Shown here in pieces: positions 1 through 13,400 of a stretch of DNA of 64,000 nt. The translations under genes and the position numbers were made by a program. Source of the DNA: Paramecium tetraurelia (taxonomy: Eukaryota); NCBI GenBank assembly GCA_000165425.1, contig CT868152.1, positions 248,001 through 312,000 of the forward strand, given 5' to 3'. The notes beneath the pieces were generated by a model. That model was not told the DNA's origin, did no database searches, and saw only the letters and a list, made by a program, of their open reading frames with translations. How positions within the stretch are numbered: the first letter of the stretch is position 1; each line of letters begins with the position of its first letter.

Positions 1-241
1 TCCGTAAGCTAAAAATGCATCAAAGTGGATTGGTTCTCCCTTTCTGTAGAATGTTATTTCCTATATTGATTTATGATCAATGAATTACGTTTCCAACGAT
101 AACACTCAATTCCTCAAGTTCTGTGACAATTACATTTACTTTTAATCTTTAAAAGGTTTCAATTATTAATTGATCCATCATGCCATAAAAAATGGGGTCT
201 GGATTGATCATAAAGAGAATAGTCAATTGTTCGTCCGACAT
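1..241 (-). CDS. 5' part of a protein gene running off the window; weak resemblance to the N-terminus of RimK-type ATP-grasp ligases
   Basis: Code-6 translation MSDEQLTILFMINPDPIFYGMMDQLIIETFQRLKVNVIVTELEELSVIVGN, 28-nt GT..AG intron, then EITFYRKGEPIHFDAFLAYG. The family guess is weak. Confidence 0.5.
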
Positions 242-356
242 AGTAACTAAGGGTATGCAATTTAATTGGATATTATTTTTTTTCTTATTTCTTATCTAAA
301 TTCAGATTTTATGAATAAATAATTCATGAATCACTTATAAGAATTTATTATAACAA

Positions 357-1506
357 ATGAAAAAATCACCATTGTTTATTTATACTACGAGAATGGGGTC
401 TTACTATCACTTAACCCCATTCAATCAGCAAACGCTTAACTTGGATACATGCTTATTGAGTGCTGGTGACTTTTTACATATGGAAAACACACTGAAACTA
501 CTTCAATCAGAAACCAATATTAGTTTTCGCCAATACATTAATCAAGAGAATAAAATCCTTTACATGACTTCAATTGATTCTTATAAGATGAAATGTGTTG
601 AAGGATCATCCAATAAAGATGGAGTTAAAATCGCTTAATTAGAAGGAATCAAACCCATGACCAATTAGTAATATATTGAATTGGCAAAAACCATTAATCC
701 AGAAATGCTGGTCTCCTTAACTGAAAAACTAGAAATCTAAGCAGGCCAAAAATCTACAAAGAGATCTTCTGCAAAATCAGCCAAATTTTTAAAAGAAAGC
801 TTGGATTAACTAAAAGACACTCAAATAAGCATTTACGGTGCCATCTAAGGAGGGTTGGACACTGTGTCAAAAATCATTGCAGCAGAAGAACAAAAGTTTG
901 CCATTGATTATCCAAATTTTAAAGGTTTTACTCTCTTTGGATTCAATCAAGGCAGCACTTGGCAAGAAAAGGAAGATGCCCTCTCTGTAGTATAATCAGT
1001 CTTTGATGGATACAATGTATAATACATTTTGGCAGGATATGGAGATATCTTATCAATTCTTTGGGGTTTGAGTTGGGGAATAGAAGGTTTTGAAATAGAA
1101 GAGCCTTTTAGATTTGCACAAGATCTCAAAGTACTTTTACCACCTAAGTTTGATGCAAAAGATAGTGAACTAGAATAGTTTTCTGATGATAAAATTAATT
1201 TTTATGAATTAGAGGGCAAAAAGATTAATTATTTGAACTTCCCCATAAATTCAGACGTTAAAGAAAATGTATATTTTTGATTATATGTCATAGGTACCAC
1301 TGAACCCAGAGTGTCAATGTTTTTCCTGTCAAAATCATACCAAATTGTACATATCCCATCTTGTCGAATGCAAGGAGATGAATGCTTAAGTATTGTTAAC
1401 AATTCACAACACTTATCAATATTAAAAACTGTAGTAGAAATTATAGGAGATGTAAAATAAAAAGCAATTGAATCAATGGATTAGATGGTATTTATAATTT
1501 CTGTGA
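357..1506 (+). CDS. QTRT2: Queuine tRNA-ribosyltransferase accessory subunit-like (TGT family)
   Basis: N-terminal [13 protein letters not shown], central GAIQGG, C-terminal Zn site [18 protein letters not shown]...LLTIHN; no DSGGFQ catalytic motif; one short intron near 1270. Confidence 0.8.
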
Positions 1507-1542
1507 TATAAAATACCAAAAATAGCATTACAATTATTTTAA

Positions 1543-3140
1543 TCAATATAATGACTTTCTCGCATAAAACAATATGTATGGACTACTACTGCCATCAGTA
1601 TCATATCTTTGTTGTTTAACATCAATCTCTCTAACATCGGAATCGTTATATCGATACCATTTTAAATTAAATGGATTCAAACTGTCACTTTATTAATATA
1701 TAAATAATAAATACGCTGTGTAGTGGCCTCCATAGAGAGTTCCACTATGATTTACTATTCCACACAAGGAATATTAACAATTTTTGGTAGACTAGTCAAC
1801 TAAAATTAAGAATGTCTTACGTGAATCCTAGATGAATTTAGTCATATCTAATTCCAAAGGGAACTTGACTCGATGATTTAATTTGTCACTGGAAAATCTT
1901 CTGTAATCAAATCTTTTGATATGAAACATCAAAATGTGAGGCAATCTCCAAATTGTAAATTTGCGTTTTACTTTCTAATGCTTTTTGCTTCAACATACAA
2001 TAACGATAAATTAAATACCATTTTGAACAATAATAGTCATCAATCGTTTCTTCGATTACATATTTATCTAATAGTCTATCTAGATCCATATCTTCTAATA
2101 TTTTAAATGCTCTTGTAAATGCTAAAGACGTATCTAAGAAAGTGTCGAATGCATATGAATTATGGTTACAATAGGAGCATTTGATTGTGTGTAGCAATTA
2201 CCCCTAGAAATAATCTAGAACCAAACTGTTTTCTCTGCTTTTTGAGTATTCCCACCACTCTTTGCTCTAAAAATGAAAATGTAAGTTACTAAATCTTGTA
2301 ATGTCCTTCCATTGAGATTGTCATTCATTTCTTTATAGGTTGATTTGCTTTTCACTCTATTCAAGCCAAGACTGAGGCCATCTAGAAGTGCAACCAAAAA
2401 TTCTTGGGCATCTTATTGAGCATAGCCTCTGAAACAGGGCATAACATTTTCTAATAGAAAATACTAATAAGCACAAAGAAATTACCAACTGCTGATTTGA
2501 TTCCGTATGGAGCAACGGATTGAAAATTTGGAGTGCTTCTGATAGTGGAAACTAGTTTGCTGTACTCGTTTGGAACGGAGCTGTTTTTGGAATTCATGTC
2601 CTTTAGGTAATCTCCATTAAAAAAGTGTTCATTGAAGGCAGGAAGGTTGAGTAAGCATTACAGAACTGAATTCCTGAATATAATTAAATACAATTACATG
2701 AAACAGGTATTGCCAATATTTCTCAATCCGCATATGCCTTTGCTGACATTTGACATATATTTCGATGGTTGTTATTATTCTGGTTGAGACTGTGTCATGG
2801 ATGAAATTGTTGAATTGGTCTTTTGAGTAGTCGATAGTGAAGTTGTCATACCACTTGATGATTGTTATTAATTGATTTAATATGGATTTAGTTTTTAGCC
2901 GTATTATTCGTAAGGTCTCGTCTACTCGAATAAATAATGAAAACTAACGTATTGTGGTTGGGTGCTCAGTGTGGATGTCCCATATGAGGAGTATGTATAA
3001 CCAGATTTGATCTCCTGAGATGATGGTGTGGATTAGGTTTTATTAAGTAATAATGGATAATTGGGTAATCCTTGTGCTTGCATTTTATCCTTGGTCGTAC
3101 TTGGAGGTCTTTGATTACTACTATACATATTTGGTTTCAT
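1543..3140 (-). CDS. Ubiquitin-specific protease (USP/C19) with Q/S-rich N-terminus
   Basis: Cys box [28 protein letters not shown], His box HSGTLYGGHYTA; several short introns. Confidence 0.92.
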
Positions 3141-3160
3141 TATTTAATTAATAATAATAA

Positions 3161-4868
3161 ATGGATTTAGATTTTGAGCAATTCCAGCGATACATACAAT
3201 CGGAACACCACCATGGTTAGAAGCACGATTCGAAGTTGAATGAAAAGGAGAAGGAAAGGGGACACGAGAAAAATAAAGACAAACATAATAATCGAGAGAG
3301 TCATAAGGAAAGAGAGAGGGAGAGAGAAAGGGACAAGAGTGCGGAAAAAAAGAAAAAGAAGAAGGATGAGAAAAAAGATAAGAAAAAGTAAATAACTTAT
3401 TTTTAAGGAGGTAGAAGATCAAGATCAGCGTCGAAATCGTCTAAGAAAAAAAAGAGTAAAAAAGACAAGGACAGAGAAAAGGATAAGGAATAACAACAAC
3501 AAACAATTACAACTTAGATATTAATGACTAATGACATTCAAAAGAAAAGGGAGATTGCTAAACAAAGGAAAATTGAAATCATGGAAGCAGAAATAAGAGA
3601 GTTAGAAAGGAAAATTGTTGAAGTGGAAAGAGAACTAGAAGAAGCTCATAGATAAGATCTAACTGTTCTAATGTATTGTTTGCCATTAAAGGCTAAAGAA
3701 AAGCACATCTATTAATTTTTCCAAACTGTAAATTATTTCATGACTTTTTTAAGTTCAATTGTGGCAAGATCAGAGACATCAGAATCATAAGAGATCAAAA
3801 ATCAGGCAGATCCAGAGGTGTAGCATATGTTGAGTTTTATCAAGAAGAATCCATCCCCATGGCTCTAGCTTTAAATGATAGATTGTTTATTATGGATGGT
3901 CAATAAGTAGGCACAATTCCAGTTAAAATTTAATTGAGTTAAGCTGAGAAAAACAGAGCTGCTAGAGATCAAAAGAATATGCAAATTAAATAAAATAAAC
4001 TATAATCCATCTAAGACTTGCAAAACATGAATGGTCCTGCAAGAGTTCAAATTACAGGGATGGCTGAGCAACTCTAAAAAATTAATGAAGAAGACATAAG
4101 AGAAGCTTTTGTGCCCTTCGGTACTATTGACACTGTAGAAATCCCCAAGGATGAACAAGGAAGGATGACAGGAGTTCTTTATGTTACCTATGAAAAAGCA
4201 GAATCAGCGAGAAATATGATTGAAGTTATCAACAATCAGCAATTTTTATTAAATGGAAAACCCATAAAAGTTCAATTGGTTTCTGGAGCCAATAATTATA
4301 TGGACTTATAATTGGATGATGATTTGGTTTAAAATCCTGTGATGAGAATTACATTAATGAAGAAGTTAATGGATGACAACTTAATTGATAATGTAAGTGA
4401 AATATATTATATGAATAGATCAATTTACCTCCTTTGATGACATAATTAGGTTTAACTGTTCAAAGAATCTTAAACATTATACAATCTCCTAATCCCTCTT
4501 TAGGTTGTATATCTGGTTGGATGCCTCTTAAACATAATCCACCGGCATGTCCATGTATCACCAAGGTCATTGTATTGACTAACATGTGGACTGAATTGGA
4601 AATCTCTAATCAAGCTGCCATCGTAGAACTGAAAGAAGAAGTAGAAAGTATTTTAATTATTTATTATATCATAGATGAATGCAAGAAGTATGGAGATGTG
4701 GAGATGGTGTGGGTTGATAAAAAGAATGAAGGAAACGTTATTGTTGTATTCAAATAATGGGAAGCTGCTAAATAAGTAAATGTATTAATGAACAACAGAA
4801 AATTCGGCAATAAAGTTGTTTAAAGTTATTTCATTACAGAAAGTCAATTCATGAGCATCATCAAATGA
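3161..4868 (+). CDS. RBM39/RBM23 (CAPER)-like splicing factor: charged/RS N-terminus, two RRMs, C-terminal UHM
   Basis: RIIRDQKSGRSRGVAYVEF in RRM1, second RRM (PFGTIDTVEI), UHM ELKEEVE/ECKKYGDV; three short introns. Confidence 0.85.
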
Positions 4869-4907
4869 TATAGTAATATATAATAATAAACATACATAGT
4901 AAAGAGT

Positions 4908-6115
4908 TCATTTTTATAGTTTGATTATGTCTAAGGTTGCATTTTTGTTGAACTTCTTTAAGTTTTCTAGATTTGGAAATAGTTTATCAAAATTCTTGGC
5001 TAAGTTTAATACTTTATTTGATAATTCTACTGTTTCATCCTTATCAACATTAAGCACTTGTAAAGTTTAAGAGATCTAATTAATAATAGTATTAGATTAT
5101 TACAATTTCATCGCTCGATTCTTGACACAACAGATTGCATCCAATTATTACACATGCTGCTGACAATGATGAATAATTATATTAACTAATTAGTTCATAA
5201 TCGTATAAAACTATTTTAGCTAAGTAGGTAACAAATTAATGCAATTTCTAATACTAATTGATTAATTGTAAAGTCATTGAAATGATTTCTGAAAGAGTTG
5301 TCCCAACAAAATTGAAATCTAGAGCTTATGCTATTTAGGATTCTTTGTCCTTAATTTCATCTTTAGATAGTTTCTTGTGGGCTATCTTTTCATGCACTAT
5401 CTACAATTTTACAGGATAGATTTCTTCGAACTTACTAGCAATGAACATACAAGTCACACCAACTAGATGCAAATCTTGAGGAGCATGCTATTTTGTAGTG
5501 TGATGTAGAAATGTGTCCATCAATCTCACAGCCATGAAAAAGGTCTGATCCTTACATTTGTATGATGTTAAGACTTCAATCATCCAATCAACCATTTTAG
5601 CTCTCAAATTAGTGGTAATGGAATGCTTTTTTAAAAAGTCAAACTTTTAGATGGAATCTTAAGCTTGGTAATTTGTGAGTATGTTGTCTCCATAAAGATA
5701 AGTTAATTTATTTTATGGATTCTTCTGTTCTTTATTTAAATAGTTTTGGTTGGATTAACTAATAGAGGTGGTCTATCTCACAGTGATTGGTGAATACTAC
5801 AATTAATAGAATAGCTTACAATTTATTCAGTTGTGGAAATGGTTGTCTTTTACTTTATTTCTGGACGATAATGTAGACTTGATACATTAGGGTTCCTTTA
5901 AGTTAAGTAGTTCAATTGTTGAGGCTATTACTTGATATCGATGCTCTTGAACTCGATTTCTGAAAAAATATTGATAATATATTACTTGGTTATCTATTTA
6001 ATAGATTTAATGAAACTAATTAGGTGAATGATTTTTAATTAGTCCGTTTGTCCATATTATTAGAAACTTCAGCTTGGTTCTCCTTCTCAAATATGCGTCT
6101 GGTAGTATCTTTCAT
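4908..6115 (-). CDS. Cyclin (A/B-like, ciliate family)
   Basis: Cyclin box LRAKMVDWMIEV...TFFMAVRLMD...LHLVGVTCMFIASKFEEIYP. Confidence 0.9.
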
Positions 6116-6412
6116 TGTTGTATAATTATGTTTAACAGATAAATAATTAATGAAATTTATTAATAAACTTATTTTAGTATTTATTATTAAAGGAAATAAT
6201 TTATATAATATTTTGAGTGCAAAAATTTAATATTTTTTGAATTGGGTTCAATTATTACTTTATAAAATTGTTTTGTGTCACTTAATTTGTAATACACGAT
6301 GTTGAATCATCTACCATAAAATTTAGTGGAAAATGATGCTAATAAATTTTTCATATAATTTATATATTCGTCATAATGTCCACTTATTAAAATCTATAAT
6401 TTTTTTCTACAA

Positions 6413-7892
6413 ATGAATGATAATGAGAAACAGGAATAATCATAAAAGTTGATTAGTAATAATTAAAAATCCTGGCATAATACCAATGTTAGATGGATAG
6501 CATTGATATTGGCATGTCTTTTTTAATTTGGAAGTTATTTCAGCACAGATTATCCTTCAGTTTTGGCAGAAGAAATTAAAGATAGCTTCGACAAAAGTTA
6601 GTCAGATGTGAATCTCCTCTATACTTATTACTCAATGCCCAATGTGATTTTGCCTCTATTAGGAGGATTATTCATTGATGCAATTGGAATCAGACTTGCT
6701 ATGGTTGGTTTCTTTGCTATCCTAATAGTGGGTTAATGTACTTAATTATCTTAATTTTAATAAGTTCTTTGCTATATTTCAGCAGTCTCTGGTAACTTTA
6801 CAGTAATGCTAATTGGTAGATTAGTCTTTGGATTAGGCGGTGAAAACTGTGTTGTAGCTTAATCATATATTGTGAGTAAATGGTTTTTTGGAAGTGAATT
6901 AGCATTTGCATTGGGGTAAGTAGAGTATTTTTATAATTTAGTTTGAATATTACATTTGCAAGACTCGGGTCTGTGTTAGGAGCAATTTTGTTAGGAAAAA
7001 CATATATTTGGTTTGGAGATAGTTTGTCTGCATCTATGTTTTTTTGTTTGGCTCTGCTAATCTTGGCATGGGTGGATGCTATCATTCTCGCTTTACTAGA
7101 TAAATATTCTGATAAAAGAGACAAAGTGGAAGCCAAAATTGAAGGAGATAAAATAAAATTAAGTGATATCAAAGAATTTAAGTTGGATTTTCATCTTCTA
7201 ACTCTCAGTTGTCTCACTTGCTACTCGGCATTCTTTTTATTTTAATACAATAATGTTGAAATGTTCAAACATATGTAAAAGTTGCTATCTAATTTAGATA
7301 TCATATGAGCTCAAATTAAGCCAATAATGTCTATAGTATCCCATACTACTCAGCTGCAATCTTAACTCCCATATTTGGATATGTAATTGACAAATTTGGT
7401 AGAAGAACTCATCTATTAGTTTTATGTGGTGGCTTATTAGTGTTAGTAAATCTTATATTTGTGTCAATCGTTTGCGATGAACAAGAAGTTTGTCTTACTG
7501 CACCAATTTTAGGATAAATCCTAAATGGAATCTATTACTCCTTATATGCTGCAGTGATGTGGCCTTGTGTTCCTTTATGTGTACCTGAAAGAGCTGTGGG
7601 AACAGCATTTGGAGTTGTGAATGCTGTCTAGAACATTGGTTTAACAGTGTTCCCAGTTATAGTCGGTCATTTGATTTCAGATGAAACCCCAGCAGCCTAC
7701 AGACATATGATGTTATTCTTGGGCAGTACTGCCATTATTGGGTTGATTAGTAACATTGGATTGTGGTTTGTTGATAAATAAAACGGAGGTAAGATGGCCA
7801 AACCTAGTCTCAAAGATAATACCGAAGTCTAAGATTTAAACATTCAACAACAGGAAAGTGATACTCCAAATTCTGAACCTAAAGTAGATTGA
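6413..7892 (+). CDS. MFS transporter (MFSD1-like)
   Basis: LLYTYYSMPNVILPLLGGLFIDAIGIR, GRLVFGLGGE, KWFFGSELAFALG, GYVIDKFGRR, GTAFG; multiple hydrophobic helices. Confidence 0.88.
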
Positions 7893-7924
7893 TTTATATT
7901 TTAATACACAATATTAATTATATC

Positions 7925-9586
7925 TCAAAGATTCCTCAATGATTAAGATAGCTGTAATTTATGCTAACTAACTACCTGTCGATTCAACTCTTGAAACCAT
8001 TCTTCTAGCAATGCTTGTGAAGTCACATTAAAAACGTACTCGCAATCTCGATATTTTATCTTAAGGCAGTTCGGCTTACACTTCAACGGATTTTTTATTA
8101 TTATTGCATCTGCACATGGGACGAATAGGATTGGATGCATATCACCAGCTTACTTAAATAATAACAATCCCACGTCTGTCATTAATGCAAATACTTCAAC
8201 CCAATCCTAAAAGCCAAAGAGTGTTTTCTATTGCATCTGCAGGAACCCTTACTTTTAAGACACTTTGAAGGCTGCCTACTTTCCACTTCCATCATATAAT
8301 CCATTACCAATCTCATTAAGATTTTTAGGATGTGTGTAATTTTTAAATTAGATCAGAAAATTTTGTTAGTAAGATATTTAAATTTGAGAATTAAGAGTTT
8401 CATTTAAGAATTCAATGAAATCCTTTAGTTTAAAGGTTTCAATCAAATAATCATCATTTTACCCCTTAATTTTCAAACAGCACAGAATTGGGTTAAACTC
8501 ACAACATATTAATTATTACACCTTAGATATAGGGAATTACCTAGTAATTTTAATGTTTTAATTATGTTCTTCAAAAAAATAAAATGTACTTTCCGTTATA
8601 AACATAATCCTCTTAGATTTCTCTCCTCTAATATTTATTCTGAATATGAAATCACTAAAACAAAAAATATAATCTTTTTTCATATTTTCCCTATCCTTTT
8701 TTATAATTTCTTTAATATATCGATTATCTTTCAACCCACAATATTCTTTTTTAAAATAAGTAAATTCATCAACTTATTCGGTATTATTGGTTTCAGTATT
8801 ATCTGTATTCTAAATTATACTTTGAAACTCAGATTGAATGGTTTCATTCACCTTCTAATATAAATCCTCTTGATTTACTAAATCCTCCACTAAAGAGAAT
8901 GACATTCTGCTCTAAAGAGTGCTTTGTTATTGCTATTGAAGGAAATCTAATTTAAGTTCATATTCTACAATCTTTTATTTCAATTATTCTACTAATATGT
9001 CATGTGATTACGCTATTATTTTGTTAGCATGAATCTAATTTTGCACTTCTTATTTTAAACAATCAAGTTGTTTTTAATCATTACTCATCCTTTGTATCAA
9101 TGCTTCATGATCATCAATAATCTTTAGTAACTATTAATTATTTTCATTTAATCTCTTATTCTCTTAAATTAGCCATGCATTATGATTGTTTAAGGAATCT
9201 TATTCTAATTATAACGTATTAATGTGAGATTCTAATTATGAGAGGTGTTAACTATGATATTTCTCAGAATCTAGCTCTTTCTATATGGAATTATAATTGT
9301 TTTATAATTCATATATTTGTGAACTATACTTATGATTCTCAATTATTAATTACTATTTATGAATGCATAGGCTATCAATTTATTCCTGTAAATCCTTGCA
9401 GAGTGTTTCTACATCACTTAGAGCGGCTTATTATTCTTTAATTAATTGTGATTATGATAGCAATAGCCTTCCAATTTGCATTATATTCTCCTATTCTGTG
9501 TATTCTTCTAGCTACAATAGAATTTTCATTGACATTTCAATTTCCTTATTGTGACTTAATAACTATTCTTCAAATAATATACTCAT
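7925..9586 (-). CDS. Coiled-coil protein with myosin-I tail (TH1)-like domain and C-terminal PH-like domain; no motor domain
   Basis: Heptad-rich N-terminus; FSDFIFRINIRGEKSKRIMFITE (TH1-like); KQGFLQMQQKTLFGFQDWVEVFALMT...LLEEWFQEL (PH-like). Confidence 0.65.
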
Positions 9587-9720
9587 TTAATATAAGATAT
9601 AATTATTAATATTTTTAAAGTGATTGTTATTCTAAAATTTCCTAGCATTTTGATAACAATAGTCGAACATAGGTTGTATCATCATTTAATGTTTCATTCA
9701 ATTATAATTAAAAAATATTT

Positions 9721-10672
9721 ATGAACAACAATTACATTTTGCTTTATGGAAGTCTATCAGGTTTTTTTTCTGAAATTGTAGGAAACTTATTAAATTTTTG
9801 GACATATACAGGGTATTATCATTCTTGTAATCCCTTTTTGACAAACAGATTATTTGAGAAATGGGATGAGAAAAAAAAGTAAAATATCAATTTGTTCATA
9901 GATTTATTCGAATTAGTTTTCTAAAAGAATAAGGCCTCAAAAGATTAATAACTAAACTGTTAAATGATGCAAAGTGGAGCGCAATAGCATGGGGTTCTAG
10001 ATTTTATATAACAGAAAGCTTAAGGATAAACATAACTAAAGAAAATTCAAATCTTACGCATTTAAGGTATTTTACATATAAAGAAGTTAATTTCTACATT
10101 CTTTTATATTTGGAAGCGCTGCACAACTTTGCTTCTCATCAATATTATAAATACGGAATTTTCTTCAAAGTAAATCATTCACTAGGTTCTACTTTACCTC
10201 TTGCTAAACAATATTTTTTGGAACATTTATTGGGTATTTACTTTCTGATTTAAATAGAACTCATGATATGCTCTAAAGGATTTTTAAAAAGGATGATGAC
10301 AAAAAAATTTAAATGGTTTAAAACTATTGCATTGCTTAATTTTCATTTTTTATGGGTAGTTCTTCATATTCACTATTATACTATATTTTAAAGAAATAAA
10401 GGTTAAATGAAATTTATATAGAACGACTATTATTTTCTAAAGAAGGGGCAGCTCTATTTCTTTTGATTGGCTTTCTTCAAGAGATGGGAAAGCGTGATTT
10501 AATTTTTATTCTAACAATTAATATTTAAACAATGTAGTTGAAATATTAAATCGATTATCATTATTAATTGTTAAAGAAAATTTTTAAATATATAATATTT
10601 ATTTTAAGGACAATTACTTCTAATTAAATTAAAGATTCAAAAGCAAATTGTTTACAATCCCGTTTAAATTGA
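9721..10672 (+). CDS. Hypothetical hydrophobic protein, faint mitochondrial-carrier-like segments; 3' end uncertain
   Basis: MNNNYILLYGSLSGFFSEIVGNLLNFW..., intron near 9879-9901, WSAIAWGSRFYITESLR; later exon structure ambiguous. Confidence 0.35.
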
Positions 10673-11928
10673 ATGAATTTATCTTCAAATTAGCGAAACA
10701 CTCAAGATATCAACCTGTAATAATTTTACCAAACGATTTAGCTTCTAATTATAACATAACTTGATATTTAATAATTTGTCCTTAAATTTGTTGATTCGTC
10801 AAATTTGAAATTAGCTTAATACTTTTAGACTAAGAAATATGTATTAATTGAAATTTTATACATATTTCTCAAGTTGGATTCTCATCAGAATAACTTGATT
10901 TGACATTTTTCTAATAATATCTTTACTAATCTAACAGCACAAATTATCTATTCAAATATTATATTTCTAATGACATTGGGTTTAGAATGATCAACCATGA
11001 AGATATGCATCCTATAAAGATGGTACTTAAACAGGAGATCTTGATATTAAAAAGTCAATTAATGTTCTCAAAATTGTACTTATTTAGCCAGAGATATATA
11101 ATTACTGAATTATTTGAGACTTAATTTTATTACTGTATTTAAATTAAACTAAGAATATAACTAATCAGCTGAAAGAAAAGTAGAATTTGATCACAATAAA
11201 TATGAATCTATTTGATGTATGCGATTTAATAATCTTTATTCTAATTCAGAAGGTGGTAAAAAAGATGATGATGAAAAGGAAAGTTATTAAGAGCTCAAAG
11301 GGTATAGGGGGTACCTAATAATGAATTTTATGTTTATATTATATTATATTGTCACTAAAACAAAGAAATAAACCAAAAATTAAGAACAATTAAGACATAT
11401 AGTCAATTTAGAATAAGATATTAAGAAGTTAGGTGATGTTTATAAAAAAGTAAATATAAAATTAAATCTTATGTGCAGTTTCAAGGAATTAATTGAAATA
11501 ATGACCCATACTATCCTAGATGAACCGAACCTACTTAAGTAAAAATCAGATGAAAATCTATGGAGAAAAATTATCTATGATTTTTCAGAGTAATTAATTA
11601 GATATGATGGTAGAATAATCTTTATTTAAAATTGATTCTATTTATTTATTCATATAATCATGAATTGCCTCTAATATCTTGGGTTAAAATCTTAAGAGTC
11701 TCGATTGATCAGCAGAAAATGCTAACTTGTTGAGAGAAAGATAAAAAATGAGAAGAATGGAAAATTGAGCAGCCACTTAATTCAAAATATTATTAGCTTA
11801 GCTTTGAAGTATATGTTTATCATTTTCAACATACTTTGTTTAATTTTGACAGACTTATGATTTTGATAACTTTAAATTTAAAGTGAATTATATTGTAACA
11901 ATAAATATTATATTATTAAATTTGAAAT

Positions 11929-12703
11929 ATGTTTAATAACAATAATGCTTAAAGCTAAAGACTTAAAGTTCTTAATAATGAGAATAGGAATACTTAAGAA
12001 GGCTACTTTAAATAAGATAAAGAAAATTATTATAAGCAATGGGAATAGAATTTGAATTAGAGGGAATCTTAGGTATTTAAATCAGTCATATATAGTTTAG
12101 TTAGAATAAAAGTATAAGGAATTGAAAAATTACTCAAAAAAATTAAAGGTTAAAAGTGATGAAATTGTAAAATAAAAGTTAGAATTGGGAGAAAAAATAG
12201 AGAGATATAATAGACTATTGGAATAGATAATCTAAGTTTAATTTTCAGAAAGACAAGTCAATAGAGCTGGTTCATTAACACCGAATACTAGTAAGACAAG
12301 AATAAATAAAAGTGGAATCAACGAATGTTAACAAAGAGTGGCAAATTTATTGTAAAAAATTAGACACACAAGCAAGACTAATTTAAAAACTCAATAATTT
12401 TCTTACTTTGGAAATAATTCTGATTATGAGGAAATCCTCTTTAGTAAAAGACAAAACCATTCTACTTCTTTCACAGGAATTATGAATGTAAGTGCGCAAG
12501 ATTAAACAAATTAATAGCATCAATAATAATAATTATAAAATGAAACTTAGTAATAAGAAGATAAAAACTAAAAATAAAGTATGCTTTCTTGTGAAAATGA
12601 GTTATTGAATCATTAAACCTAATTATAGCAAATGGAATAGAACTAAAAGCATTTTTATTCAAAGGTTTATGAAGAGATGAATAAATTAAAATAATAACTT
12701 TGA
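11929..12703 (+). CDS. Hypothetical coiled-coil, Q-rich protein
   Basis: Open in code 6 from ATG 11929 to TGA 12701-12703 after removing two short GT..AG introns. Confidence 0.6.
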
Positions 12704-13400
12704 TTGAATAAATACAAATAATATATATTATAAACAATGCTATATTACTTTTCCATGTTTTCATATTAAATATAAAGCTAGTTATTATGTACATCCTTAA
12801 TTTTTCATAATGAGTTTAGATATCCTTTACTGATTATGAAAAACTGATGTCACAATACGAAATGATATTCGAATTTCATAAGATTTATTAAAAATGAAGA
12901 GAGTTTTAAATTGACTTTGATTTGAAATAAGAAGTATTAGAGTAATTGTTTTTATTACTCTAAATAAAGTTGATTATATTTAATTAAAGATGCATTATGT
13001 TAAATTAAATTGTTAAAAGAAATCAATATCAACCTATAATAGTTGATAGCATGTTTTAAACAACATTGCGAAACTAACACTATAAGGATTTGTAAAACTA
13101 ATCACACTATTAAGAGTGTAATTAATATATAAAAATATAAAATAATATAAATAAGGATGATTAAAAGTAAGTGAAAATCAAAAATAAGAGGTTATTGAAA
13201 AAATAATAAATATTAATAGTTATTGGAAATGGAGGATTAACAACAAATAAAAATTAAGAATAGATATTTTAAATAAATATAAAACCTTATAGATATTAAA
13301 ATATCTTCGTAGATTATAGCATTAAGGCATAATCATTAGTAATGTTGTTAGACTCATATTTTATATTAATGAATTATGATGATGATATTTTGATTGATGC

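Noticed and set aside
3144..3422. Minus-strand F/S/P-rich ORF in the track
   Set aside because: Antisense shadow of the purine-rich charged N-terminus of the RBM39-like gene.
10673..11860. Several short coding-like stretches (10673-11200, 11330-11636, 11660-11860)
   Set aside because: No consistent gene model or recognisable motif; they may be small genes or remnants.
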